A stretch of DNA of 63,941 nucleotides, counting the filler. It is 6 parts of 6 records of this genome, joined end to end, with 100 filler letters (N's around TTAATTAATTAA, not from the genome) between each part and the next. Parts side by side here need not be neighbours in the genome. Positions count along the whole stretch, not along the records: positions 1 to 19,205 come from SRR31156797_2728; 5 more parts are not named here. The stretch is one strand, 5' to 3'. The position numbers and the translations under genes were made by a program. This document shows positions 1-10,958 of the stretch, in pieces. Position 1 is the stretch's first letter. Each line of letters starts with the position of its first letter. A model generated the notes under the pieces. The model was not told the DNA's origin. It saw only the letters and a program-made list of their open reading frames with translations, and did not search any database.

Positions 1-48
1 AGCTTCCCAAGCTTGGTGTCGCGGGTTCGACCCCCGTTGCCCGCTCCA
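1..48 (+). tRNA. tRNA-Gly(CCC), 5' end cut off by window edge
   Basis: Anticodon arm AGC-TTCCCAA-GCT, T-arm GCGGGTTCGACCCCCGT, acceptor 3' strand GCCCGC-T-CCA. Confidence 0.9.
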
Positions 49-232
49 TATGAAGCTTTTAAGTTCGGTTGAACCTGATTCCCCCTTTTCAAGGTTGTTG
101 CCCCCGTTGGCTTAATGGGGTCGGTTTACTTTGAATTGCGGACTTGCTGTTGGTGTTCCTTTGATGCATTAAACCTAACTTGAGATTAGGTCTGTGTCAT
201 CAAGGCGCCCTACAATTTTTGTCTGCACAGGG

Positions 233-258
233 GAGCGGGCCAATGGGTCCGCTTTTTT
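233..258 (+). promoter_or_regulatory. rimP-leader-like hairpin with U-tract (attenuator/terminator)
   Basis: GAGCGGGCC-AAT-GGGTCCGC-TTTTTT about 70 nt upstream of rimP; this hairpin type is typical of rimP-nusA-infB leaders. Confidence 0.6.
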
Positions 259-329
259 GGTTTAGGGCTTATGAAGCATCGAAGAGAAAAACAGAGGCAA
301 GATCAGAGTTTCGAGGTGGTGAAGGGTAG

Positions 330-794
330 ATGACCGAATCCGTATTGAAGGAGATCGAGCGACTTATTGAGCCGGTTCTGGCGGACATGGGGATTGAGCT
401 GGTGGATATGGAATTTTTTTCCGAACAGCATCGACGAATTCTCAGGATTTATGCGGATAGGCCCGCCGGCATCAATCTGGATGACTGTGCCATGGTCAGC
501 CGCGAAATCGGAAATCTTCTGGATGTGAAAGACCTGCTTCAGCATCACTATGTGCTGGAGGTGTCTTCCCCCGGCCTCAATAGACCGCTTAAGAAGGAGA
601 AAGATTTTCTCCGGGCCGTCGGTCAGAAGATCAAGGTCAAAACAGCCGTTCCGCTGAAGGGGTGTCGGAATTTTACGGGGGTTCTTCAATCCTTTGAAAG
701 TGCTACGCTGCAACTCAAATTGGATGACACCGTTATTTTGGTTCCCTTGGAGGATGTGAAGAAGGCCAATCTGGTGTTTAATTTTGAGGATTAG
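330..794 (+). CDS. rimP: ribosome maturation factor RimP
   Basis: LEVSSPGLNRPL and LDDCAMVSR motifs; first gene of nusA-infB operon. Confidence 0.95.
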   Translation: MTESVLKEIERLIEPVLADMGIELVDMEFFSEQHRRILRIYADRPAGINLDDCAMVSREIGNLLDVKDLLQHHYVLEVSSPGLNRPLKKEKDFLRAVGQKIKVKTAVPLKGCRNFTGVLQSFESATLQLKLDDTVILVPLEDVKKANLVFNFED

Positions 795-826
795 GGAAAT
801 TCAACTATTTCGGTGGAGTAAAAGTA

Positions 827-2245
827 ATGGTTTCTGACTTAAAGAAGGTGATTGACCAGGTAAGCCGTGAAAAAGGTGTTGATCAGGCTGTGTTAATCGG
901 GGCTCTTGAGGAAGCGGTAAAGGCGGCCGCCAGGAAAAAATTCGGTACGGAATATGACCTTGAGGTCATCTACAATGATGAGATGGGGGAAGTTGAGGCG
1001 TTTGAATTCAAGGAAGTGGTTGAAAAAGTAGAAAATACGCACCTTGAAATTTCCCTTGAGGAAGCCCTTGATTTGGATTCCGAGACCGAAATCGGGGACA
1101 GCCTGGGCATCAAAATGGATCCGGATACTTTCGGAAGGATCGCGGCTCAATCCGCCAAACAGGTCATTATGCAGCGGCTGAAAGAAGCGGAGCGGGATAT
1201 CGTCTACGATGATTTTATCGACAGACGGGGTGAAATCGTTAACGGGATCGTTCAACGGTTTGACCGGGGCGCTATCATCGTCAATCTGGGGCGTGCGGAA
1301 GCGGAATTGCCCCATAAGGAACAGATCCCCAGGGAATCTTATAAGCAGGGTGACCGCATCAGGGCCTATATTTTGGATGTGAGAAAAATCAGTCGTGGAC
1401 CTCAGATTATCCTTTCAAGAACCCATCCCAATATTGTCGCGATTCTGTTTGAAAATGAGGTGCCCGAGATTTCGGAAAGAATTGTACAGATCATGCAGGT
1501 GGCCCGCGAACCCGGGGGACGGGCTAAAATTGCGGTCAGCTCGAAAGATCCTGATGTGGATCCCGTGGGCGCATGCGTCGGCATGAAGGGGAGACGGGTT
1601 CAGGCCGTGGTTCAGGAACTGCGTGGGGAGAAAATCGATATCGTGACCTGGGATCCGGACTCGGCCAAATTCATATGCAATGCCCTTGCGCCTGCTGAGA
1701 TTACCCGGGTCATTGTGGATGAAGATAACCACAGCATGGAGGTTGTTGTTCCCGACGATCAGCTTTCCCTGGCCATTGGAAAACGCGGTCAGAACGTTCG
1801 ACTGGCGGCAAAATTGACCGGATGGCGTTTGGATGTGGTGGGTGAAACAAAATATAATGAAGCGCTGAAGGACGGGTATAAATCGCTTTTGGATTTAACG
1901 GGCGTGAGTGAAAGAACCGCTACCGAATTATATGATGCCGATTTTCGGTCCGCCCGTGATGTGGCGGGTTCAACGGTTGAGGACCTTCTGGTGGTCAAAG
2001 GGATCAGCCAAGAGGAAGCCGAAGCACTTATAGCGGAGGCGAATCTCTACCTTCGCGGTGAGGCGAATGGTGATGCACCGGATGAAACCGAACGAGAAGA
2101 GGATGAAGAATTGGAAACCGGCAATTCTGAAGAAGATGCGGTTGTCCAGGGTGAGCCCCATTTAGGGGAAGTATCTGAAGCGGGGGCGTCAGATGCGGAT
2201 GAAACGGAACCATCGGTGACGAAATTATCGACTGATGAGCCGTAA
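827..2245 (+). CDS. nusA: transcription termination/antitermination factor NusA with HhH and acidic C-terminal extension
   Basis: FGRIAAQSAKQVI, S1/KH motifs DPVGACVGMKG and LAIGKRGQNVRLA. Confidence 0.97.
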   Translation: MVSDLKKVIDQVSREKGVDQAVLIGALEEAVKAAARKKFGTEYDLEVIYNDEMGEVEAFEFKEVVEKVENTHLEISLEEALDLDSETEIGDSLGIKMDPDTFGRIAAQSAKQVIMQRLKEAERDIVYDDFIDRRGEIVNGIVQRFDRGAIIVNLGRAEAELPHKEQIPRESYKQGDRIRAYILDVRKISRGPQIILSRTHPNIVAILFENEVPEISERIVQIMQVAREPGGRAKIAVSSKDPDVDPVGACVGMKGRRVQAVVQELRGEKIDIVTWDPDSAKFICNALAPAEITRVIVDEDNHSMEVVVPDDQLSLAIGKRGQNVRLAAKLTGWRLDVVGETKYNEALKDGYKSLLDLTGVSERTATELYDADFRSARDVAGSTVEDLLVVKGISQEEAEALIAEANLYLRGEANGDAPDETEREEDEELETGNSEEDAVVQGEPHLGEVSEAGASDADETEPSVTKLSTDEP

Positions 2246-2477
2246 CCGAGGGCACATCCCCATCAGAACATGTATATGTTGTGGGGCTAAACGAAATAAA
2301 CGGGAACTGATTCGATTGGTTTTTGACACGAATGGTGTGGTCGTTAGAGATGACCGTGGAAATGGGCAGGGTCGGGGTGCCTATATCTGCAGGGGTGAAA
2401 ATTGTCTGTCCGTGCTGAAAACGGGCAAGGGCTTGAACAGGGCTTTCAGGCGGAAAGTTTCCATTCCCGTTTTTTGA
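2235..2477 (+). CDS. ylxR: YlxR/DUF448 RNA-binding protein
   Basis: PIRTCICC, LIR and GRGAYIC motifs; lies between nusA and infB. Confidence 0.9.
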   Translation: MSRNRGHIPIRTCICCGAKRNKRELIRLVFDTNGVVVRDDRGNGQGRGAYICRGENCLSVLKTGKGLNRAFRRKVSIPVF

Positions 2478-2561
2478 ATTGTACTCCCTAAGTGGCGATA
2501 AAACGCTGTTTGGGTTGCCCATATCAGGAGTACCGGTACTTAACAATTTCTGGGGGAATTT

Positions 2562-5519
2562 ATGGCTAAAATCAGGGTTTATGAACTGGCGAGGGAACTC
2601 AAGATGGAGAGCAAAAAGCTCGTGGAGGAGCTCAATGCGGGTGGATTGGACATCAAAAATTATATGAGTACCCTTGATGAAGAAATGGCTTCCAAGGCCA
2701 GGAAGGTTATTTCCGGCGCCATATCCGAAGTGGTGGTTGAAAAAAGGGTTAAGCCAAGGGTTATTCGCAGACGCAAGAAAGTTGTTCAGGTTGAACCAAA
2801 ACCCGTTGAAAAACTAGAGGAATTGTCAGCAGAGGATGAAAGACCGCCTGCGGATGAGACCCCTGAAATAATTCCGGAACCCCCTGCTATAGAAAAAGCT
2901 TCTCCCCCGATTTCTAAAGAGTTGGAAGAACCGGAAGCGCTGGAGGAAATAGAGACTGCGGTGTTGGATGATGATGCCCCGGCCCCAGCCAAAATTGTCG
3001 TTGATGCGCCGAAAGTGCCCGAGGAAGATGCCCCCCCCGCTCGGGAAGTACCACCGCCGACTGAAACCGTTGAGGAAGCCCTTCCGGAAGTACCTGATGA
3101 ACCGGTTGCCGAGGTGCCTGAAGTTCCTGAAGTTACTGAAGTTCCTGAGGTGCCTGAAGTTCCTGAGGTGCCTGAAGTATCTGAAGTTCCTGAAGTGGTT
3201 GAAGTGCCTGAGGAAGAGGCCCCTGTTCAGGAACCGGCGGACTCGGAAAAACCGCTTATGAAAAAAGCGGACCTGGAAAAAAAGAAACCGTTGGTTTCAG
3301 AGAAAAAATCCCCTGTACCCGATAAGCCCGCCAAGGTAAAGGGAAAGAAGGGCAAAAAACGGAAATCCGAAAAACCCGCGAAAATTATCAGCCCGCCGGA
3401 AGAGGGTCCCCTTAAGAATATCCTGGCCAGAAATGCTGAAAAAAAACAAGTAAAACCCAAAGTTTCAAGACCGAAACGCCGGGCTCCCGAACCGGTTGGT
3501 GTAATGCCGAAAGAAACGCTGCCGCCCGGAATTGTCGATGGCTTGCCGGTTGAGGGGAAACCCGCGAAAAGGAAAAAGGAATGGAAAAAAGATCAACCCG
3601 GGGCTACACCGAAACGGGGTGTTGCCAAACGAAAGAAAAAAGAGGTTTACGAGCGGGCGGATCTATATCAGGATCGCGGCAAGAAGCATAAAGGGAAAAA
3701 GGGCGGTAAGAAATCCAGGGAAGTTCCCCGGAAATTCAAACAGACGGAGATCACCACACCCAAAGCCATCAAGAGAAGGCTTAAGGTTCAGGACACGGTT
3801 ACCGTCACGGATCTGGCAAAGGCCATGGGGACCAAGGCCGTGGAATTGCTGAAGAGACTCATGAAATTGGGTGTAATGGCCAATATCAATCAGTTGCTGG
3901 ATTTTGATACGGCATCTCTGGTTGCCGATGAGCTCGGATTTGAATTGGAACTGGACTCCTTCAAGGAGGAACGCTTTTTTTCCCATGTGGAGGACCTGCC
4001 CGAGGATCTGGTGCCGAGACCGCCGGTTGTGACCATTATGGGCCATGTGGATCACGGCAAGACATCCTTGCTCGATTATATTCGAGAATCCAATATTATC
4101 GGCGGGGAATCGGGCGGCATTACCCAACACATCGGCGCATATTATGTGAAGCGTGAAGCCGGCGATATTGTTTTTCTCGATACGCCCGGCCATGAGGCTT
4201 TTACGGCCATGAGGGCGCGGGGAGCGAAGATTACCGATATCATTGTTCTGGTGGTGGCGGCGGATGACGGGGCCATGCCCCAGACCAAGGAAGCCATTAA
4301 TCATGGACGAGCGGCGGACATCCCCATCGTTGTGGCCATTAATAAAATGGACAAGGCCAATGCCGATCCAGACAGGGTTAAGCGGGAGTTGGCCGAATTG
4401 GATCTGGCACCCGAGGAATGGGGTGGGGAAACGCTGTTGGGAGAGATTTCGGCCAAGACGGGGGATGGGGTTGACGATCTCCTGGGGTTGATTCAGTTGC
4501 AGGCTGAAATGCTTGAACTGTCGGGGAATCCCGGCAGGGAGGCAAGAGGATCCGTGGTGGAGGCGGAATTGGACAAAAGTCGTGGGCCGGTGGCCACGGT
4601 CTTGATTCAAAACGGCACGCTTCATCAGGGAGACCAGTTTGTGTGCGGTGAGCATTTCGGTCGCGTGCGGGCCATGCTGGACAGCCGTGGACGGAAAATG
4701 AAGATTGCGGGTCCTTCCGTCCCCGTTGTTCTGTATGGGATATCGGGTGTTCCCATGGCCGGGGATGAGTTTATTGTGGTGAAAGATGAAAAAGTCGCCA
4801 AACAGATCATTGAACATCGAAAAGAAAAATCGAAGAAACAGGAAGGTACAAAGACCGGACTGGTGAGCCTCGATGATTTATATGAGAGGATTAAGGATGG
4901 CGGCGTTAAAGAATTGAATATCATCCTTAAGGCTGACGTGCAGGGCTCAGCTGAAGCCCTTGCCGAGTCCCTGGTTAAGCAGAGTACGGATGCCGTGAAG
5001 CTACAGGTAATACATTCCGCAACCGGCGGTATTACGGAATCGGATGTGACCCTTGCTGCCGCCTCCGAGGCCATTATTCTGGGGTTCAATGTGAGGGCCA
5101 ACCCAAGGGTCCTGGCTTTGGCGGAAAAAGAAAATATCGATATCAGGTTTTATGATGTGATTTATAATGCCATCAAGGACGTCCGTTTGGCCATGACCGG
5201 TCTTCTGGAGCCCATTTTGAAAGAGAATATTATCGGGCGTGCGGAAGTGCGGGAAATTTTCCGTGTGCCTAAAGTGGGCGCCATCGCAGGATGTCATGTT
5301 ACGGACGGCCATGTGGAAAGAAATGCCAAGGTTCGGTTGTTAAGAGACGAAGTGGTTGTTTTTGATGGATTGATTTCATCTCTCAGGCGTTTTAAGGATG
5401 ATGTGAAAGAGGTGCAGTCCGGATATGAATGCGGTATCGGCCTGGATAATTTCGGCGATGTGAAACCAGGCGATATTTTCGAAATTTACAAGATTGAAGA
5501 AGTCGCAGCGGAACTCTGA
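2562..5519 (+). CDS. infB: translation initiation factor IF-2
   Basis: KIRVYELA N-terminus; [16 protein letters not shown] and NKMD GTPase motifs. Confidence 0.98.
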   Translation: MAKIRVYELARELKMESKKLVEELNAGGLDIKNYMSTLDEEMASKARKVISGAISEVVVEKRVKPRVIRRRKKVVQVEPKPVEKLEELSAEDERPPADETPEIIPEPPAIEKASPPISKELEEPEALEEIETAVLDDDAPAPAKIVVDAPKVPEEDAPPAREVPPPTETVEEALPEVPDEPVAEVPEVPEVTEVPEVPEVPEVPEVSEVPEVVEVPEEEAPVQEPADSEKPLMKKADLEKKKPLVSEKKSPVPDKPAKVKGKKGKKRKSEKPAKIISPPEEGPLKNILARNAEKKQVKPKVSRPKRRAPEPVGVMPKETLPPGIVDGLPVEGKPAKRKKEWKKDQPGATPKRGVAKRKKKEVYERADLYQDRGKKHKGKKGGKKSREVPRKFKQTEITTPKAIKRRLKVQDTVTVTDLAKAMGTKAVELLKRLMKLGVMANINQLLDFDTASLVADELGFELELDSFKEERFFSHVEDLPEDLVPRPPVVTIMGHVDHGKTSLLDYIRESNIIGGESGGITQHIGAYYVKREAGDIVFLDTPGHEAFTAMRARGAKITDIIVLVVAADDGAMPQTKEAINHGRAADIPIVVAINKMDKANADPDRVKRELAELDLAPEEWGGETLLGEISAKTGDGVDDLLGLIQLQAEMLELSGNPGREARGSVVEAELDKSRGPVATVLIQNGTLHQGDQFVCGEHFGRVRAMLDSRGRKMKIAGPSVPVVLYGISGVPMAGDEFIVVKDEKVAKQIIEHRKEKSKKQEGTKTGLVSLDDLYERIKDGGVKELNIILKADVQGSAEALAESLVKQSTDAVKLQVIHSATGGITESDVTLAAASEAIILGFNVRANPRVLALAEKENIDIRFYDVIYNAIKDVRLAMTGLLEPILKENIIGRAEVREIFRVPKVGAIAGCHVTDGHVERNAKVRLLRDEVVVFDGLISSLRRFKDDVKEVQSGYECGIGLDNFGDVKPGDIFEIYKIEEVAAEL
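3111..3209. repeat. coding 9-bp tandem repeat, 11 units, (EVP)n inside IF-2 N-terminal linker
   Basis: Units GAGGTGCCT/GAAGTTCCT and variants read [33 protein letters not shown]. Confidence 0.9.
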
Positions 5520-5524
5520 TAACC

Positions 5525-5812
5525 ATGGTGGTGGGAACGTTAAAGATCGAGTTTCTCCTTTATGACAACCGATCCCTCAAGGGGAAACGAAAAGTCGTCA
5601 GGAGCATGATCGACAAGGTCAAGAGCAAATTCAATGCAGCCATTGCGGAAGTGGGTGCCAACGATAAATGGCAGAAAATTGAGTTGGGCGTGACCACCGT
5701 TGGCAATGATCGGCGCCATGTTGACTCATCCTTGAACCACATTCTGGATTTTCTTGAATCATTATGCCTGGCGCAAATTGTGAATACGGAAATGGATATT
5801 ATCAGCATGTAA
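5525..5812 (+). CDS. DUF503 (YlxP-like) protein
   Basis: SLKGKR...KFNAAIAEV...W motif; lies between infB and rbfA. Confidence 0.9.
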   Translation: MVVGTLKIEFLLYDNRSLKGKRKVVRSMIDKVKSKFNAAIAEVGANDKWQKIELGVTTVGNDRRHVDSSLNHILDFLESLCLAQIVNTEMDIISM

Positions 5813-5902
5813 TTGCGCCGTAGGGACGGACCTGTATCTTCAGCTGATGCAGCGATTGCACAACGTGATAGAATTTTTGAACCAGAGAGGTGAATTTTTT
5901 TT

Positions 5903-6259
5903 ATGTTGCCGGGGAAACGGTCCGTACGGGTCGGAGATGTAATTTTGAAAGAAGTGGCCTTCCTTCTGTTGGAGAAGGTGAGAGATCCGCGTGTGCAGGG
6001 TGTTACCCTGACGGGGGTTCGTCTCAGCGATGATCTCAAACTGGCCCGGATATTTTACAGTGTTATGGGGGATCAAGCCCGGGTGGAAAAGGCCCAGTCG
6101 GGTTTGAATAGTGCGACCGGCTTTGTGAAAAGAGAAATCGGAAGGCGTGCGGGTTTGCGGTATATTCCTGAAATCAAATTTGTTTATGACCCTTCCCTCA
6201 AAACCGGAGACCATATGGAGCGTGTTTTTGAAAACCTGCGGCACGCGGAGGAAGAATAG
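5903..6259 (+). CDS. rbfA: ribosome-binding factor A
   Basis: VRDPRV, LSDDLKLARIF and LRYIPEIKFVYD motifs. Confidence 0.95.
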   Translation: MLPGKRSVRVGDVILKEVAFLLLEKVRDPRVQGVTLTGVRLSDDLKLARIFYSVMGDQARVEKAQSGLNSATGFVKREIGRRAGLRYIPEIKFVYDPSLKTGDHMERVFENLRHAEEE

Positions 6260-6263
6260 GGGG

Positions 6264-7277
6264 ATGGGTTTGGATGATCCCCTTTTGGGGCCTCTTAAAC
6301 GGATTGTCGGTCTGTTGAAGGGCGGACACAGGTTTTTGCTCATGACCCATGAAGATCCGGATGTTGACGGTCTGGGCTCCATGCTTGCCCTTGGGAAGAG
6401 CCTAACGGATCTGGGGAAAGAAGTGGTGCTGCTGATCCAGAAACCCCTTAACCCTCCTCTGGCGCTCTTGACGGGCGCCGAAAGAATGATGACGGTGTCG
6501 AAACCGGGCGGGGCTTCTGAAACAAAAAGAGAATTTGATGCGGTTCTGGCGTTGGATTGTGGGGAGAAGGACAGGTTGGGGGTATGCGTAAGTGCGTGGT
6601 CCGGCAGTGGGGTTACCCTTAACATTGACCACCATGAGACCAACACTTTTTTTGGGCAACATAACCTGGTTGATGTGAACAGCTCTTCCACCGGGGAGTT
6701 GGTATATCGGTTGATCAGGGCCGGGGATTTCCCATTGGACTTTGAGGTTGCCGAGAATTTGTTTGCGGCAATTCAGTCGGATACAGGCTCTTTCAGGTTC
6801 ACCAATACCACCTCGCGCGCCATGAGGATTTCGGCGGATTTGATGGAATATGGGGTCAATCCCTGGGAGATATCCCGGAAAATCTTGAATGGATACGGCC
6901 CAGTGCGGTTGAAATTGCTGGCCATGGCCCTGGCCCGGATAGAGTTTCACAACCAAGGCAGAATCGGCATGATGATACTCTCCAAGGAGATGTTTAACGA
7001 AAGCGGCGCACACGCATCCGATAGTGAAGGCTTTGTGGATTATCCCCGATATGTGCATGGGGTTGAGTTGGCGGTGATGATCAGCGAAAAAGATAAAAAC
7101 ACCTATAAGTTCAGCATCCGCTCAAACGCTTGGGTGAATGTGGCCGAACTGGCGTCACGATTCGGTGGAGGGGGTCATGAAAAGGCTGCGGGTTTTACCC
7201 GTAACGGATCTCTCGGGACCTTAAAAAAAGATTTTTTGTTTGAAGCGGGCCGGTTACTGAATGAAACACCCCTGTGA
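6264..7277 (+). CDS. DHH/DHHA1 phosphoesterase (NrnA-like)
   Basis: HEDPDVDGLGS, IDHH, DTGSF and GGGGHEKAAG motifs; start moved to ATG 6264, after the rbfA stop. Confidence 0.9.
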   Translation: MGLDDPLLGPLKRIVGLLKGGHRFLLMTHEDPDVDGLGSMLALGKSLTDLGKEVVLLIQKPLNPPLALLTGAERMMTVSKPGGASETKREFDAVLALDCGEKDRLGVCVSAWSGSGVTLNIDHHETNTFFGQHNLVDVNSSSTGELVYRLIRAGDFPLDFEVAENLFAAIQSDTGSFRFTNTTSRAMRISADLMEYGVNPWEISRKILNGYGPVRLKLLAMALARIEFHNQGRIGMMILSKEMFNESGAHASDSEGFVDYPRYVHGVELAVMISEKDKNTYKFSIRSNAWVNVAELASRFGGGGHEKAAGFTRNGSLGTLKKDFLFEAGRLLNETPL

Positions 7278-8211
7278 CGGTATACTACTGGTCGATAAAG
7301 AAGAAGGAGCGTCTTCCCACGGGGTTGTCAAAAAGGTTCGTTCCGCGCTTCGCCAAGGGAAACGATACAAGGTTGGGCATGCGGGAACCCTGGATCCCTT
7401 TGCTACGGGGCTGCTGGTGGTGCTTCTGGGACAGGGAACCAAATTATCCAGATTCATTATGGGCGGTGAAAAAGAGTATTTGGCCACCTTGGAACTGGGT
7501 GTGGAAACCGATACGCTGGATCCTACGGGTACGGTGACGGCAATCCGTGACGTGCCTAAGTTAAGCCATGATCATATTCAAGAAACGGCCAAACGGTATG
7601 AGGGGCGGATTCGACAGACGCCGCCGGCCTATTCAGCCGTGAAACATGGCGGTTTACGGGCTTACACGTTGGCCCGAAAGGGTATTCCGGTAGACCTCAA
7701 GGAGAGGACGGTTACGGTCCATTCCATATGCGTTGTTTCCGTTAATCTGCCCCATATTACCATGCGGATCAGATGCGGCGGCGGGACCTATATCCGGAGT
7801 CTTGCGGCTGATCTGGCCAGGGATTTGGGATCGGTGGGGCGGTTGAAAACCCTGAGGCGATTGAAAAGCGGCACATTTGACGTGGCAGACGCCATTTCTT
7901 CGGAGGACATTTTGCCGGAAACCCTTGTTTCAGTTCTGGAAATGGGGATGCCTTTACGAAATGCACTGCCGGGTATGGGTGAAATTGATGTTGACCTTAT
8001 GTTGGCGGAGAAAGTACGGCAGGGATATCAACCCTGTTGGAATGAACTGGTTTCCATTGTGGCGCCCGTTCATCCTTTGATTGAAAGTGTTGAAAATGAT
8101 CAGGAAAGTTTCATGAAACTGATCAGTGGTGACAAACTTTTGGCCATTGTAAAGAAGAACGACGGGGGGGGCGGTCATGAAAAGGTAAAATTTGAGAGGG
8201 TGTTTTCTTGA
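7261..8211 (+). CDS. truB: tRNA pseudouridine(55) synthase
   Basis: KVGHAGTLDPFATGLL, PPAYSAVK and GTYIRSLA motifs. Confidence 0.96.
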   Translation: MKHPCDGILLVDKEEGASSHGVVKKVRSALRQGKRYKVGHAGTLDPFATGLLVVLLGQGTKLSRFIMGGEKEYLATLELGVETDTLDPTGTVTAIRDVPKLSHDHIQETAKRYEGRIRQTPPAYSAVKHGGLRAYTLARKGIPVDLKERTVTVHSICVVSVNLPHITMRIRCGGGTYIRSLAADLARDLGSVGRLKTLRRLKSGTFDVADAISSEDILPETLVSVLEMGMPLRNALPGMGEIDVDLMLAEKVRQGYQPCWNELVSIVAPVHPLIESVENDQESFMKLISGDKLLAIVKKNDGGGGHEKVKFERVFS

Positions 8212-8363
8212 TCTTTTTTCATTTCTCGTTCCCATGCAAAAGCGTGGGAATACGTGCCCGGGAGGATTTCCTTTGACCGGTATGAAGTGGGACTTTTCGG
8301 GGACAATAATCTTTTTGCTAAAATACATTTATTGGAAACATCAATTTTTAGGAGGTACTAAAA

Positions 8364-8633
8364 GTGGTTTTGACAGCGGGAGCAAAGAAAGAAATTCTTG
8401 ATCGGTTCAAACTTCATGAGAAGGATACCGGTTCGCCCGAGGTTCAGATTGCCTTACTTACCAGTCGAATCAAATACCTTACGGAACATTTCAAGGTCCA
8501 TAAAAAAGATCATCACTCACGTCGTGGACTGTTGAAACTGGTGGGCCAGAGGCGAAGGCTGTTGAATTATCTGAAGAAGAGAGATTTGGAAAAATACCGG
8601 ATACTGATTAAGGATCTCGGCATTCGAAAGTAG
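8364..8633 (+). CDS. rpsO: 30S ribosomal protein S15
   Basis: [13 protein letters not shown] and [21 protein letters not shown] with GTG start. Confidence 0.98.
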   Translation: MVLTAGAKKEILDRFKLHEKDTGSPEVQIALLTSRIKYLTEHFKVHKKDHHSRRGLLKLVGQRRRLLNYLKKRDLEKYRILIKDLGIRK

Positions 8634-8861
8634 TGTGACTGCTCATGCAATGACCTGTCCTGATTTTCACCCCGTGTTTCGGAATTGTGAAAAAATGGCG
8701 GTGGTTGCAAAAATCCGGTAAATTTTTGTTTAGGTTATAATAATATATGGGTTCGCAATTTGAAAAAAACCAACTGCAGCCAAACATGAGCCAATGCGCT
8801 TTTTCGGAACACGGTTTATAAAAAGACCAACAAACGTCTATTTGAAAGGATATTTGAAATA

Positions 8862-10958
8862 ATGGTGAAAAATTACTCGATTGAGATTAGTGGTCGGAAT
8901 ATCAATGTTGAAACAGGGCGTATTGCCAAGCAGGCAAGTGGTTCGGTCGTTGTCACTTCCGGTGAAACCGTTGTATTGGTGACCGCCGTTGCAACGGATG
9001 ATGTCCGTGAGGGGATCGATTTTCTCCCCCTGACGGTGGAATATCAGGAAATGTCTTATGCCGGGGGGCAGATACCCGGGAATTTTTTCAGAAGGGATAT
9101 GGGAAGACCGGGAGAGAAAGAGACGCTTATTTCCCGCTTGATAGACAGGCCTTTAAGGCCGTTGTTCCCCGATAATTATCATTACGAAACCCAGGTCATC
9201 GCCACGGTGCTGTCAACGGACAAGGAAAATGAAGCGGACATGCTGGCCATGTTGGGTGCTTCCGCCGCCCTTGAGATATCGGATATCCCCTTTTTAGGAC
9301 CCATTGCAGGGGTGAAGGTGGGAAGGATTGATGGAGAATTCGTGGCCAATCCCACCATCAGCCAGCAGGCGGAGAGCGATATCAACCTGATTGTGGCGGG
9401 AAATCGGGACGGTGTTGTGATGGTTGAAGGGGGTTCCCAGTTCGTTTCCGAATCCGATATGATAGATGCCATCTTTTATGGACACGAGGCCATTCAGCCC
9501 ATGCTGGATATGCAGGACTCCCTCCGAAAGGAAGTGGGAAAGGCAAAGCGAATTATTCCCGAAGAGGTGGCGGATACCTCTATTCAAGCACGGGTTGACG
9601 AAATTGGGGAGCCCTTGCTCAAGGATGTGCTGACCATCGCCGACAAGATGGATCGACAGCGGAAAAGGCGGGAAGCTCAGATGAGTGTCCTGGATGCCCT
9701 TTTAGAAGAATATGAGGACCGGAAATCAGAAATAAAAGAGGCTTTCCATACCCTTGAAAAGAAAATGATTCGGGGCATGATCCTCAATGAGGGAAAAAGA
9801 ATCGATGGCCGTTCCTTTAACGAAGTCAGGGACATAGAATGCCTGGTGGGGCTTCTGCCGCGGGTCCATGGTTCAGCCTTGTTTACCCGTGGGGAAACCC
9901 AGGCCATGGTACTGACCACCCTCGGTACGGAAAGGGACCGCCAGAGAATTGAATCCATCTTTGGTGAAGAGATGCGGTCCTTCATTCTGCATTACAACTT
10001 TCCCCCCTACAGTGTGGGTGAGGCCAAGCGGCTTGGCGGACCCGGCCGCAGGGAAATCGGCCACGGTGCATTGGCCCGAAGGGCCCTGGTGCCGGTAGTG
10101 CCCACTGAAGATGAATTTCAGTACTGCGTCCGCGTGGTATCCGAAATCCTGGAGTCCAACGGATCTTCATCCATGGCCAGCGTATGCGGGGGATGTCTTT
10201 CCATGATGGATGCGGGTGTCCCGCTCAAGGACCTTGTGGCCGGCGTGGCCATGGGACTGGTGGCGGAAGGGGACAAGGTGGTGGTGTTGACCGATATCCT
10301 GGGGGATGAAGATCATTATGGGGATATGGATTTCAAGGTAACGGGCACCACTGAAGGTATCACGGCGCTCCAGATGGATATTAAAATTGAAAGACTTACC
10401 CGGGAGATTATGGAACAGGCCCTGGATCAGGCCAAGGAAGGGCGCCTCCATATTCTGGGATGTATGAAGGAAACCATTGCGCAACCCCGTAATGAGGTTT
10501 CCGAGTATGCGCCCATCATTACAACCGTCAAGATCAGCCCTGAAAAGGTGCGGGTGCTCATCGGTCCGGGTGGGAAGACCATCCGGGAAATATGCAATGT
10601 TTCCGGTGCCAGGATTGATGTGGATGACGAGGGTGTGGTGACCGTGTCTTCACCCGACAAGGAGTGTTCGGATGCAGCCATGAAAATGATCAAGGAAATG
10701 GTGCAGGAAGCCGAAGTCGGAAAGTTGTATTCAGGTAAAGTGGTCAAAATTATGGACTTTGGGGCTTTTGTGGAAATTTTTCCGGGCACGGACGGACTGG
10801 TGCATATATCCCAGTTGGCGCCTGAGCGGGTGAATAAGGTCACCGATGTGCTCAATGAAGGGGACGAAGTGCTGGTCAAAGTTCTGGAAGTTGGAAAGGA
10901 CGGCAGAATCCGTCTTTCCCGAAAAGCGGCCCTGGGAGAAACCCTGGATGCATCGTAA
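8862..10958 (+). CDS. pnp: polyribonucleotide nucleotidyltransferase
   Basis: FTRGETQ, RREIGHG, SNGSSSMAS and GDMDFKV motifs; KH and S1 domains. Confidence 0.98.
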   Translation: MVKNYSIEISGRNINVETGRIAKQASGSVVVTSGETVVLVTAVATDDVREGIDFLPLTVEYQEMSYAGGQIPGNFFRRDMGRPGEKETLISRLIDRPLRPLFPDNYHYETQVIATVLSTDKENEADMLAMLGASAALEISDIPFLGPIAGVKVGRIDGEFVANPTISQQAESDINLIVAGNRDGVVMVEGGSQFVSESDMIDAIFYGHEAIQPMLDMQDSLRKEVGKAKRIIPEEVADTSIQARVDEIGEPLLKDVLTIADKMDRQRKRREAQMSVLDALLEEYEDRKSEIKEAFHTLEKKMIRGMILNEGKRIDGRSFNEVRDIECLVGLLPRVHGSALFTRGETQAMVLTTLGTERDRQRIESIFGEEMRSFILHYNFPPYSVGEAKRLGGPGRREIGHGALARRALVPVVPTEDEFQYCVRVVSEILESNGSSSMASVCGGCLSMMDAGVPLKDLVAGVAMGLVAEGDKVVVLTDILGDEDHYGDMDFKVTGTTEGITALQMDIKIERLTREIMEQALDQAKEGRLHILGCMKETIAQPRNEVSEYAPIITTVKISPEKVRVLIGPGGKTIREICNVSGARIDVDDEGVVTVSSPDKECSDAAMKMIKEMVQEAEVGKLYSGKVVKIMDFGAFVEIFPGTDGLVHISQLAPERVNKVTDVLNEGDEVLVKVLEVGKDGRIRLSRKAALGETLDAS

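Noticed and set aside
1-330. tRNA-associated integrative element at tRNA-Gly (and at tRNA-Thr 50496-50551)
   Set aside because: No integrase and no duplicated tRNA 3' end visible; the tRNA-Thr 3' side is cut by the contig edge
3111-3209. Possible CRISPR array
   Set aside because: 9-bp in-frame units without spacers inside infB; no cas genes or repeat-spacer arrays seen anywhere in the window
3663-4817. 384-aa antisense ORF, and similar long shadow ORFs (47445-48539, 46168-47037, 58850-59857, 14108-14902)
   Set aside because: They lie opposite well-supported genes in GC-rich sequence and show no recognisable motifs
5819-5840. GTAGGGACGGACCTGT resembling a GTAG-type REP element
   Set aside because: Single copy, no complementary arm and no RAYT transposase on the contig
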